A stretch of 64,000 bases of DNA from the human T2T-CHM13v2.0 reference genome, Homo sapiens. Of this stretch, positions 13,936 to 27,577 are shown piece after piece; positions within the stretch are counted from its first letter, which is position 1; each line of letters begins with the position of its first letter. Location: the NCBI RefSeq assembly GCF_009914755.1, contig NC_060930.1; one strand, given 5' to 3'. Below the pieces are notes generated by a model. That model ran no database searches. It was not told the DNA's origin and worked only from the letters and a program-made list of their open reading frames with translations. The position numbers and the translations under genes are program-made.

Positions 13936-14249
13936 GGCCGGTCGCGGTGGCTCACACCTGTAATCCCAGAACTTTGGGAGGCTGAGGCAGGTGGATCGCC
14001 TGAAGTTAGGAGTTTGAGAACAGCCTGGCCAACATGGTGAAACCTGGTCTCTACTAAAAAAGAAAAAAATACAAAAGAATTAGCCAGACGTGGTGGCGTG
14101 CACTGCTGTCCTAGCTACTCAGGAGGCTGAGGCAAGAGAATTATTTGAACCCAGGTGGCGGAGGTTGGCAGTGAGCCAAAATCATGCCACCACACTCCAG
14201 CCTGGGTGACAGAGCCAGACTCCATCTCTTAAAAAAAAAAAAAAAAAAA
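13936..14249 (+). mobile_element. Alu (AluS)
   Basis: Full Alu, poly(A), TSD AAAAGCATAACA. Confidence 0.95.
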
Positions 14250-14891
14250 GCATAACACATGCAATTATGTGCAGTATAACTGTGTTACTAGTTTATGTAT
14301 TTCCTACACTACGCTTTTTACTGTTATTTTAAAGTGTACTCCATTTACATATATATATATTTTTTAAAGTTTATGTACCACCAGGGATGAGGTTAAAACA
14401 AAATGTTAACTATAAAACAACGTCAGTCAGGTCCTTCAGGAGGTATCCCAGAAGAAGACATTGTTACCATAGGAGATGACAGTTCCATGCACACTATTGT
14501 CCCTGAAGACCTTATGGGACAGGATGTGGAGGTGAAAGACAGTGATATTGATGATCCTGACCCTGTGTAGGCCCCAGTTAATGTGTGTCTCTGTGTCTTC
14601 ATTTTTAATTTTAAAAAAGTTTAAAAAGTAAAAAATCAAAAAAAGTTAAAATAGAAAAAAGTTTATAGGATAAGGATATAAAAAATGTTTTTGTACAGCT
14701 ATATAATGTGTTTGTGTTTAAGCTAAGGATTATTACAAAAGAGTCAAAAAGTTTAAAAATTAAAAAGTTTATAAAGCAATAAAATTATAGTAAGCTAAGG
14801 TTAACTTATTATTGAAGAAAGAAAAAATTTTAAATAAATTTGTGTAGCCTAAGTGTACAGTGTTTATAAAGTCTACAGTAGTAAGCAATAA

Positions 14892-15410
<519 letters not shown>

Positions 15411-15975
15411 TAGAGTAACATACTATACAGGTTTGTAGCCTACAAGCAATAGACTATACCTGTAGCCTAGGCCTATAGTAGGCTATACCATCTAGGTTTG
15501 TGTAGGTACACTCTATGATGTTCACACAAGTAAGTCACCTAACAAATGCATTTCTCACAATGTACTCCTGTCGTTAAGTGACGCATGACTGTACAGCTAA
15601 ATAAACCTGAGAAGTTCTGGTTTCATGACTATAAGGAGAGAATGTGGTACCAGAGGGACACAGTTTGCTCTGCATTCTAGAAAAAGGGAGCAATGACTTT
15701 TCTAGTCTATCTCTAGAATTATCCCCAATAGACAAAATCCTAGCTATGTTTTCATAGTCTGCCTCCTTGACATATACCTTCTTACAACACTGATGAATGA
15801 TGAGGCTTTCGTGGCTTGGTGGGCCATGAGGATCATCCAACTTAGTCCTCTTATGCCGATCTATGCCCAATTAATAACTTAAGTGTAATGTCACTTCCCA
15901 TGGAGATTTTCCTGTAAGAAGCAAGTTCCCATAGTAGCAACCATAAACATTTTTTCTTCTTTTTTAAAATTTTGA

Positions 15976-16265
15976 GGTATGGGCATGGTGGCTTATACCT
16001 GTAATCCTACCACTTTGGGGGCTGAACGAGGAGGATCACTTGAGCCCAAAAGTTTGAGACCAGCTTGGGCAGTATAGGGAGATTTTTGTCTCTACAAAAA
16101 ATTTAAAAATTAGCCAGGCATGATGACACAAGCCTGTAGTCCCATCTACTCAGGAGGCTGAAGCAGGGGGATCGCTTGAGCTCAGGAAGTCAAAGCTGCA
16201 GTGAGCCATGTTCACACCACTGCACTCCAGCCTGGGTGACAGAGCAAGACCTTGTCTCAAAAAAA
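15976..16265 (+). mobile_element. Alu (AluJ)
   Basis: J-type motifs (GGATCACTTGAGCCC, GGATCGCTTGAGC). Confidence 0.9.
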
Positions 16266-16274
16266 TTTTTAGAA

Positions 16275-17575
16275 TAAATTTTATTGTGCATATTTAAGGT
16301 ATACAGCATGATGTTATGAGATACATATGTACAGTAAAATGGTTACTATAGTGAAACAAATTAACATATCCATCATCTCACATAGTTATCCACCTTTCCC
16401 TCCTGTGGCAAGAGCAGCTATAATCTACTCATTTAGCAAAAATATTGAATACAATGCACCATTATTTAATATAGTCCTCATGCTATATATTAGACCTTTA
16501 GACTTGGTCAGCCTACATATCTGCTACTATCTATGAAGAACTTTAAACCTGCGTCTCCCAATTTTCTCCCCTCCACCTGAGCCTCGTAGCCACTGTTTTA
16601 GTTTCAATCTCCATTTATTTGACCTTTTTTTTTTTAAGATTCCACATATAAGTGAAATCATGCAATATTTTTCTTTTGTTTTGTCTGGCTTGTTTCACTT
16701 ACCAGGTCCATCCATGTTGTGGGAAATGGCAGGATCTCCTCCTTTTTTAAGGCTGAATAATATTCTATTGTATAAACGTATACCACAGTTTCTTTATCCA
16801 TTCATCTGCTGACAGACACCTAGGTTGTTTTCATATCCTGGCTATTGTGAATAATGCTGCAATGAATATGGGAGTATAGATATCTTTAAGAGGTAGTGCT
16901 TTCATTTCCGTTGTGTATATACCCCAAAAGAGAGATTGCTAGGCCATATGGTAATTCCATTTTTTATTTATTTAGGAACTTCCATATTGTTTTCCATAAT
17001 GGTTGTACCAATTTACATTCCAACCAACAGTGTGCAAAAGTTCCCTTTTCTTCACACCCTTGCCAACACCTGTTATCTCCTGGCTTTTTGTTAACAGCTA
17101 TCCTACCAGGTGTGAGATGATATCTCACAGTGATTTTGATTCGGATTTCCTTGATGATTAGTGATGCTGAATACCTTTTCATAGACCTCTTGGCCATTTT
17201 TGTGTCTTCTTTGGAGAAATGTCTATTCAGGTACTTTGCCTATTTTTAAATTAGCTTATATGTTTTCTTGCTTTTGAGTTGCATACTTTCTTTATACATT
17301 TTTGATATTAACCCTATATCAAATAGATGGCTTGCAAATATTTTTTCCCAATCTATAGATTGCCTTTTCATTTTGTTGACTGTTTCCTTTGCTGTACAGC
17401 TTTTTAGTTTAATGTAGTCTAATGTATTTATTTTTACTTTTATGGCCCGAGCTTTTGGTGTGATATCCAAGAAATCAATGCCAAGGTCGATGTCAAGGAG
17501 ATTTTTCCCTATGTTTTTTTCTAGGAGTTTTATGGTTTTAGGTCTTACATTTAGGTTATTTATTTCATTCTGAGT
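16275..17575 (-). mobile_element. L1MA-type LINE-1 3' fragment
   Basis: Minus-strand ORFs 16964-17197 and 17246-17644 match the L1 ORF2 C-terminus (RYHLTP, HCWLECKLVQPLWK, KTIKLLE), with frameshifts. Confidence 0.9.
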
Positions 17576-17604
17576 TAAAAGTATAAACTTTAAAATTTGC
17601 TTGA

Positions 17605-17875
17605 CACTTTGGGAGGCCAAGACAAAAGGATCACTTGAGCCCAAGAGTTCAAGACCAGCCTGGACAACATAGTGAAACCTTGTCTCTACTAAAAATAAAT
17701 AATAATTTTTAAAAAACTAGTCAGGTGTCATGGTGAATGCCTATAGTCCCAGCTACTTGGGAGGCTGAAGTGGGAGGATCTCTTGAACCTGGGAGGTCAC
17801 TGCTGCAGTGAGCTATGATCATGTGATTGTACTCCAGCCTGGGCAACAGAGCAAGTCCCTGTCTCAAAAAAAAAA
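17605..17875 (+). mobile_element. Alu (AluJ, 5'-truncated)
   Basis: Begins CACTTTGGGAGG; A tail. Confidence 0.9.
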
Positions 17876-18139
17876 TTGCTAGCATTATACATTTCATTGT
17901 AAATTAATAAGTTGGTTCAAAGTTCATTTACAGTGATACTATGTGTGTAACATACAAATTAATCCTCTTGAATCTGAATGCTCAGAAAATTTCAAGTTTC
18001 CTGTGTCTTGCTCATTGACAAGAGAATAGACATTTATTAGGAAGAATTCAGGGGAAAAACTGAAGGAATGAGATGTGCAAAGTCACAGAACCAGGAAAGA
18101 GAGTGATACCATCATTTAACACAAATGAAGCAGAGACTG

Positions 18140-19540
<1,401 letters not shown>

Positions 19541-21337
19541 TCTTGAGTCTTTATCTTCTCCCTATTCTCGCAATCCAACAGCAAATATGTCCTATTGATA
19601 TTTGATTCAAATTATTTTCAAAACTCACCCTTCCTCCCTTTTCTTCAGTTGCTCAAGTGCTGTCAAGACTTCTTTGTTTGTCTCAGACCTGTTTCCGTCT
19701 TCCCAACAACCCTCCCTGCTTCTTTTTGCTCTTCTCTCCAAGCCATCCTCCATCCTGCTGCCAGACTAATTTTCTAGAACACCAGTTACCTTATGTCATT
19801 AAGTCGCTCAAAAAACTTCTAGAGTTCCTCATTTACTCTTATTCCCTCTTCAGCCTGACATCTGACCAAGCCGAGATTGGTTCTCCCTAGACATTCCATA
19901 ACCACCTCCTTCCATGCTTTAGCCAAGATGGACTTCTCACTGTCCAAGTCATTGAGTATGCTCTCCCTTCTGACTGATAAACCATCTGACTTTTCTCAGG
20001 TAATCAACCTCACCTGGCCTTCAAGAATCAACTCACAAGCCTTTTATAGAAGAGGAGGAGGGGTAGGAATTAAAAATAATTACTAAACAATTTTATCTAT
20101 CTTACCTTATCTCGGCTAGAAAGAAGGGAGAAGGGAAACAAGAAGGGGAAACTGGTTAAGAAAATAAATTGTAAGGTCTATATTAACATAGAAATTAATA
20201 AACATATAATATTGAATCTAGTATCACTCTTGACCAATCATTCACATACTTTTGATAGTGAAGTTCTCTGTTTACTTCAGATACTAACATCTAGTTTATA
20301 CAGGATAAACGACTCCTGTATTAAGGTTTCTAACCTACTATTCAGTATGAAAACGATGCTAATTGATGGGTTTTGGACTCAGCTTTGCAATTGGAGCACT
20401 GTGGAAAAATACCTGGGGAGCTTTTTGAAATCACACACACTCCAGGAGATCCCGTTTTCATCTCTTTCAATGGCTATGCCCTCTAGCTAAGAATCCCTGC
20501 TGCCCTGTGAGTCTTCTCACTGGTGGGAGTGGACCACTTTCCTCAGGTACAGGTTTGAGAGCCACTGCAGGGTATGTTGGGTGGCAAAAAGCAGAACGGT
20601 TACAAATTTGAGGTTAGTTATTCCTGTGAAAAAGAAAACACAAAACATTATAGTAATTAATTGAGTGACTCCAGTTCCTCAGAATATAAAGAATAGACCC
20701 AGGAAAGTACTAAATGTTACACAAGGAGACTTTTTTCCTCCCTAAATGGTCACAAAAGAATTTTTTAAACATGTAAGAAATGTAATATCAAAGTAAAAAT
20801 AAATCAGCCAACCAGACTGTCTCCAATCTGTTGGGTGATATATTTAGCATATTTTGTAATTAAATGAGCTGACTTTTAAAGTTGTTTTGAGACTACAACT
20901 ACTTAATTTACCTAATAAGACTGCATGGCACTCTACATATTATCCATTGTTAGCTGTACTCATACTGCTATGTCTTGTAGAGAGACTAAGCTGCTTTTTC
21001 CTGCAACATTGTATTAATGGTTTTAATGACGTGGACATAATTTCACAGGGGCAGTATTTTATTTTTACTCAGTTCATGAACATCAAACAACCCCAAGCTG
21101 TTTTGATAACTAGCATCCTCAACCTGTGCTATTGCTGTTTGCTCACAGCAATGATAACCACTGTTTATTTAGCATCATGAAGTTTAATGACTTTGTATTT
21201 CCTTCTATTAACAAAACTCACAGAACTCTGAAATAAGTAGGCCCGTAGCTCTGATGAAAAACCCTAAAGTTCCAGAACTTCAAATTTTATCTTAGAATTT
21301 TAAAACCAGTGGGGCTTGGGCCACTACCTACTCCACG

Positions 21338-21486
21338 GGTTCTCACTTATGGTGAGCATCAGAATCTCTTGGGGAGCTTGTTAAATACACAAATTCCCAG
21401 GCTGGGAGGTTTCAATGAGGCTCAGAAACCTGCATTTAAAACAAGAACTCAAGATAGTCTTTGAACTTCAGTTTGAAAATTACTGA
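21338..21486. mobile_element. MER5A-like hAT MITE
   Basis: GCATCAGAATCTCTTGGGGAGCTTGTTAAA...CTGCATTTAAAACAAG...AGTTTGAAAATTACTG. Confidence 0.6.
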
Positions 21487-21494
21487 CCAACACC

Positions 21495-21620
21495 CTCACT
21501 TATACATGATGAAACTGAGCCCCAGACAGGGTAAGTGACTTACTCAGGGTCACTTAGCTAGATAATGACAATCAAGTGTAGAACTGATGCAGCCTAATCC
21601 TTAGTTCTGTGCTCTTCCCA
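21495..21620 (-). mobile_element. MIR
   Basis: GATGAAACTGAGCCCCAGACAGGGTAAGTGACTTACTCAGGGTCAC core. Confidence 0.7.
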
Positions 21621-22324
21621 CGCTTACACCCTTACTGTTTAGACTGCCCATCTGGGTTCCTACAATATGGGAGGTCACCTATCTATTACTCCCATGAAAA
21701 GAAGTTCATGGACAATATTCTATAGATGCCACAGACAGAAGGAAGTAAGCACTGTGGGAATAATAGAAGAAAGGCTGTTAAAGCTGTTACCTTCATCTTT
21801 CTGAATTTCAGTTTCTTATCTGTATGCAAGCACCAATGGATCATTAGAGCAAAATACCAAGAGCTTGTGAGATGGAAAAAGATTACTATAAGATGGTAAG
21901 TTTACTCACTCCCTTAATATGACTAAAATAGCTAAAAAAAAAAAAGGGTTCCTAATAATGAAATATCAGAAAGGCTACACTCTGAATTTACTTTTTCTTT
22001 CTGAATTTCAGTTTCCTGTCTATAAAAAGGTATGCTAAAACTACATACTAGGCAGCATGATCTTGAGTACAGCAATAGCACATGAACAGTGCTTCATAAA
22101 ATCCTAGAACATGGTATATACTCAATACATTCTATAATTTTTTTAAGTATTATCATATGGTGGAAGGGCCAAGCTAATTAAAATGGGCCAGGCTAATTAC
22201 AATTACATACATACCAAAGTAGAATTATTGATACCTCCCATCCCTAGAGTGCTGCAGAAATTACAAAACATGGCAGCTAGATCATGTAAGACACATTTAC
22301 AAGCTTAAGGAGAACACCTATGTA

Positions 22325-22760
22325 GGGTAACATGGATGAATCTAATGGAATATAATATTGGGCAAAAGAAGCAAGACACAGTAACATAAATACTATGATT
22401 CCATTTATAAAAGTTAAATACAGGCAAAACTAAACTATATTGCTTGGGAATGCATAGTTAGGCAGCAAAACTATAAAGCAAAGCCAGGAATTCAGGAATT
22501 CTCTCTTTCTTCTCTCCCCTTCCCCTCGTCTTCCTAGAAAACAAAAACACCAGGGTAGTGGTTTCCTCTGAAGGGTACCGAGGGGTTTGCCCAGAGGAAA
22601 GGCACATGAGTGCTTAAAAGGGTGCTAGCCTTGTTTTACTTATTGACTTGGATGGTGGTTAAATGGGTGTTGCCTTTAGAATAATGTGCCAATTTTTTTT
22701 GTTGTTTTGTGCATTTCTATTTTATATACTGTATTTCACAACAAAGTTTTAAAAAGATTT
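22325..22760 (+). mobile_element. L1ME-type 3' fragment
   Basis: ATGATTCCATTTATAAAAGTTAAATACAGGCAAAACTAAACTATATT motif. Confidence 0.7.
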
Positions 22761-23982
22761 TTAAAAGACACATTTAGTAGATAAAGCTGAAGGGAGTTAC
22801 TCAACATTCCTATTATAGATATTTGGTTGTCTCTCCACGTGGACTACTAAGATAATGGAATTCAGCTGCACAGTGGGTCTATGTAAATATCCATTTGTGT
22901 ACTGACAAAGAGGACTCATGCCCTGGAGCTGTTGTGATGTTTAACTGAAAGGCATTTGATCAGAGGTTGCCAGGATCCATTAGACATTAAATATATCATC
23001 AACCTAATTACATATGACTTACTAGTTCAGTGCTGATTATATCCGAAATCATCAGAGTCTTAAAAATAGTCATGCTTGTTTGTCCCAACAATGTTTTCAA
23101 CCATAGTTTCTGTGGTTCCAACCACATATGGAGAAATAATATACGTCCTCACGGGGAGAAGAGTGATTTCTGAGTTTTAAAAAGTCGAAGGTTGTCATTT
23201 TGCCACTTTGAGAATATCCCTTGATCTAGTTTGATCTATGTATGTTCCACCTAGAGACTAAATTAAAACTCTAGCCAAAATATTAAAGGATGGAAATATA
23301 GTCCATGACTGTGGTTTATCATTCCATTATTAGAATTGACTAGCAGTATTTTGACACCTAGATAGGACTGCTTTGGTGTGTCTAGGTGTATTGTATTATT
23401 TAAGTTACATAATATTAGAAACTTAAAATAAAAACAACTTGGTATCAGAATTGGTGACTGAGTTCGAGTTTGGTATTCAGCTGTTTCCATGCAACTGAAT
23501 TGTTAAAATGCTTACAATTTCCTGTGATTTATTTTCTAAAGCAAGAAAAGGGACCTAACATTAATATGCCTCTTTTAGATTAATTAGATTTACTTTAATG
23601 AAATATACAAACAAGAAAGTATAATTTATATGTATAGTTTAAAGAATAATAATAAAACACCCATTTACCTACCATACAGCTTAAGAAATAGAACATAACC
23701 AAAACCTTCATTTCCCTTTCTCCCCCATAAGAGGCAAATGCTACGCTACGCTGAATTTTGTGAATATCATTCCATGCTTTTCTTTGCAGCTTTACCACGG
23801 GTATGATACATATAATTATGCATATTGTTTGGTTTACCTGTTTTTAAGCTTTATATAAATGAAATCATGTGGTAGCATTCTTCAATAACTTTTCTTCATT
23901 CATTATTGTACTTTTGAGATTTATCACATCAGTAAATGTATCTCTACTTCATTCATTTTAAATGCTATATATTCAGTATACC

Positions 23983-24415
23983 GTGACAGCAGTATCATAT
24001 ACTTTCAGGGCACTGCCAATATTTCTTCAACAATTGCCATTTCCGTATACACCAGCCCTTCACCTGCCAATGCCTCCATTTTTTGCCTGAAGGCTTTCTC
24101 TGGCCATCAGTGACTACTCAGTCTGAACACACAACGGGCTGAAAATACCAAGGAATTAACGTTTCTCGGGAGCAGTTCTCAACCAATAACTTGGATAAAC
24201 TGGAAGTAAGTGTTGTAAACTGTCCCCCAGAGTTCCCCAGCAGGATCAAACTCCAATTGCCCACAGTGATAATGTGATAACACACCTTTATTGGTTTTCT
24301 TCCCATCTGTTTAACTTCCCCATTATCTACTGGTGTTTCTTGGGAACATATCCCAAACAAAACCCTTTCCACTCATTGCCACAGGTCTGTCTCTGGAGGC
24401 ACACAAACTAAGACA
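23983..24415 (+). mobile_element. LTR16-like ERVL solo LTR
   Basis: CCAGAGTTCCCCAGCAGGAT...GCCCACAGTG; ends CAAACTAAGACA. Confidence 0.6.
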
Positions 24416-25709
24416 GCAGGGAAATTAAACTTAAGAACCTCCAAATACCTGATTCTGCTATGCCTCCAAGATAATGTAGCCATGCTCCAGATTTCTTCAG
24501 GGATGTCTGAGAGTTAAGCTCCTCTCAAAATCCAAAATAGGAAACAGAAATAAAAGTCCTCGGCCTGTTCGGCCCTCACTTAGTTAGCACATGTAAAACT
24601 GAAACACAACTTTCCTGAATCTCTTCCTTCTCTCTCTTTCTTCTCTCCCCTTCCCCTTTTATTCCTAGAAAAATAGACAAGCTTTTCTTTAACTTTCCCT
24701 ACATCCTGTCTTCCTTCCCGGTTGGAAAGCAAGCTTTCTGAGTTCACTACCATTGACTGAAGGGACATCCTTTCTATACTACGGTAGAACTCTGTGTTCT
24801 AGGTCATCCAGGCTCAGCCCTGGGTATGTTAAGTAGGAAAGATTAAGGAATTTATAAAATTCTCTCTCAAAACTTGTATACATTTATTTTTTAATTTCAG
24901 AAACTATCACTTGTCTTTACCTTTAATTCTTTCTGAAACATCCATTTCCCTGGTAGAGGTTAGACAGTAAAGAAAAAATACATAGGAGAAAAAAGGAAAC
25001 AAAAGGCAAATGAAGAACACAAAATTTCAGGACCTATTCATAGAAAAATAGGCCAATTTCAAACAAACAGTTCTCCCAAGACTCAAAGAAACTAAAGGCA
25101 AGTTGGCTTTCCTTAAAAAAAAAAAAATTATCCTGAAAGAATAACAAGAGATCGATCAAAAGAGAGATGAAGCAAGAACAGGAGATAAACAGTGGGTGTG
25201 TGGAGCTCAGAGATGAATAGAAGCATAAGATGAAATTATTACAGAGGTGAAATTCTCATTAGAGTCAACAAATGGTAACACATATATATGGATAAAAATA
25301 CAGTCTAGGACAAAAAGAAAGCCCTTGAGTAAATAACATAAAACGAATTGGAAAAGAACAGAGATAAAATAAGAAAGGAGGTGGTATGGACATTAAACAA
25401 ATAATCACTTTCATGGAAGAAAATAATATATGGAATGGGAAAAATTCAAATATATAATTGAATATAATTTTCTTGAAACAAAATCTCAAATCTATAGATT
25501 ACAAAGACATAGCTTAGCCAAATTCCTGAAAATGTTGATGAAGGCTAATTAGTAAGATAACTTAAAAATGGATTTAGAGCAGCAGGTTGTAAGAAGTTAC
25601 ACAGCAGAAAAGAAGCACATGAACCAACTCTACCAAAATGAGAAAGAATAGGAGGAAATGAACTGAAGAGGTATTTAAGATCCTGGCATTTAGTAAGCCG
25701 ACCATGGTA

Positions 25710-25900
25710 TGGTTGTTAAGAGGCCAGCGCTGTAAACTGCCTAGATTTGGATCCCATCCCTGCCGTTTATTACCTGTGTGACCAAAGCAAGTTATTTTGC
25801 CTCTTGGTGCCTCAATTTTCTTAATTTTAAAATGGAGGTGATATTAGCCACCCACATAACACAGTGACTGTGAAAATTGAGAAAATACATTTAGTCTTCT
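25710..25900 (+). mobile_element. MIR
   Basis: TGTGTGACC...CAAGTTA...GCCTCAATTTTCTTAATTTTAAAATGG core. Confidence 0.7.
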
Positions 25901-26106
25901 TTAAAAAATGCCTTTCATATTCAGCATTGTCAATTATTATTAAGTTCAACAGAGCTTGGTGATTCTCTGAAGGTGAGAGAGTAAGAGACAGGGAAGACAC
26001 GAGTTGATTCCTAGGTTTCAGGATGTGACAATCATAATGCCATTCACTATAGAGAGAATACAGAACAAGGGTAATACAGAAGAAATGATTTTTTTTAATT
26101 CTCAAT

Positions 26107-26468
26107 TGATATAGTCCCCACCCAAACCTCATCTTGAACTGTAGTTCCTGTAATTCCTATGTGTCGTGGGAAGGACCAGGTGGAGATAATTGAATCATGA
26201 GGATGATTTCCCCTATCCTACTCTCGTGATAGTGAATTAGTTCTCACGAGATCTAGTGGTTTCATAAGGGGCTCTCCACCAACGCTCTGCACTTCTCCTT
26301 GCTGCCACCATGTGAAGAAGGACATGTTTGCTTCCCCTTCTGCCATGATCGTAAGTTTCCTGAGGCCTCCCAGCTATGCTGAACTGTGAGTCAATTAAAC
26401 CTCTTTCCATTATAAATTATCCAGTCTTGGGTATGTCTTTATTAGCGGTGTGAGAACAGACTAATACA
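26107..26468 (+). mobile_element. THE1 (THE1D-like) solo LTR
   Basis: TG...CTAATACA; perfect TSD TCAAT. Confidence 0.9.
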
Positions 26469-26785
26469 TCAATTATAATGGATTCATTTTGAACATGTTA
26501 AGATTGACTTATCTTTGAGAAGATAGGTAGAGAGGTCCTGTGGGCACCTAGAACTCACCTAGGGCTGAAGGCAGGTGTACATGGCTTTAATGTGTGTGCA
26601 GAAGCCATGAATGTGGATAAGATCTCCTTTGTGATGTACATAATGAAAGAAGAAAAAGGGCGAGAACTGAACCTGTGGAATATTCCCATTTATCAGCTGG
26701 CAGAAGACTAAGGCCTGTGACAAAGGATCAGTGGAAAAATAAAGAAGAAGGAGAGGATAAATGATGAATCAAAGGCACAAGGACA

Positions 26786-26898
26786 GGCTGGGCACAGTGG
26801 CTCATGCCTGTAATCTCAGCACTTTGGGAGCCCAAGGTGAGTGGATCACTTGAGCTCAGGAGTTCAAGACCAGCTTGGGCAAAATGGGAAGACCCCAT
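26786..26898 (+). mobile_element. Alu left monomer / FLAM
   Basis: Left arm only, followed by a TA-rich repeat. Confidence 0.85.
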
Positions 26899-26907
26899 GG
26901 TGGGAGG

Positions 26908-27029
26908 GATATATACATATATGTATATACATAAATAGTTGTGTGTATATATACACACACATATACAGTTGTATATACGTATATATATATATAGTTGTGT
27001 ATATATACACACACACACATATATATATA
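26908..27029. repeat. Compound (TA)/(CA)/(TG) microsatellite
   Basis: Directly visible; repeated ATAGTTGTGT units. Confidence 0.9.
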
Positions 27030-27189
27030 ACAAGTACATTGGAGAGGCTGTGTTCAGGAGCACAGATGAACAGGTTGGCCTTTGCCAAGGGAAGCACATA
27101 TTTTCCACCGAGAAAGAGAACGATGAGGGTGTGCGTGGAAGCAGGTTAAGTGTGTAGACTGTAGTTGGTAAAGCTGAAAGAGCTCTTAC

Positions 27190-27577
27190 TGAAAGATTCT
27201 CCCCGGGGCCTGAAAGTTTAAGGGAATGAATAACTCCGCCCTCCTCAGGCCCAGTCCCAAGGTGCAAGGCCACTTGTGCTAGCAGCATGCGTCAGCAAGA
27301 TAGCAGAAGCAGGAAGAGAGCTGGCCGGAAGATATGTACCCTGTGAAGACCGAGAGAGAGGCCGTCCAGGTACCACGTAGCAGTTACATCAGACTGAGAC
27401 ACTTCCTGTTTACAGGAGACTATAAAACCCCTGCCCCATCCTCATTTGGTGCTGATGCCATTTTCAGCCTCAGCACGCCTGCACCCAGGCGCTCATTAAA
27501 ACAGCATGTTGCTCCCCACTGCCTCGTGTTGTCTGTTGGCGCGCTGTCGGGGTTCGAACCGATACAAGAACCTTCCA
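27190..27577 (+). mobile_element. MER48 solo LTR (ERV1), EVADR promoter
   Basis: TG...CA termini, 388 bp, 5-bp TSD CTTAC/CCTAC; TATA at 27421; ATTAAA at 27495; resembles the recalled MER48 consensus. Confidence 0.85.

Noticed and set aside
16964-17644. ORFs resembling L1 ORF2p
   Set aside because: Real homology, but frameshifted fragments of a dead L1MA; not a gene.
21797-22030. Repeat of CTTTCTGAATTTCAGTTTC 200 bp apart
   Set aside because: Both copies resemble the MIR core; most simply MIR remnants or a small local duplication.
26728-27288. Longest ORF in the track (186 aa, minus strand)
   Set aside because: It is a patchwork of antisense MER48, L2, TA microsatellite and Alu sequence, with no coherent protein or gene signals.
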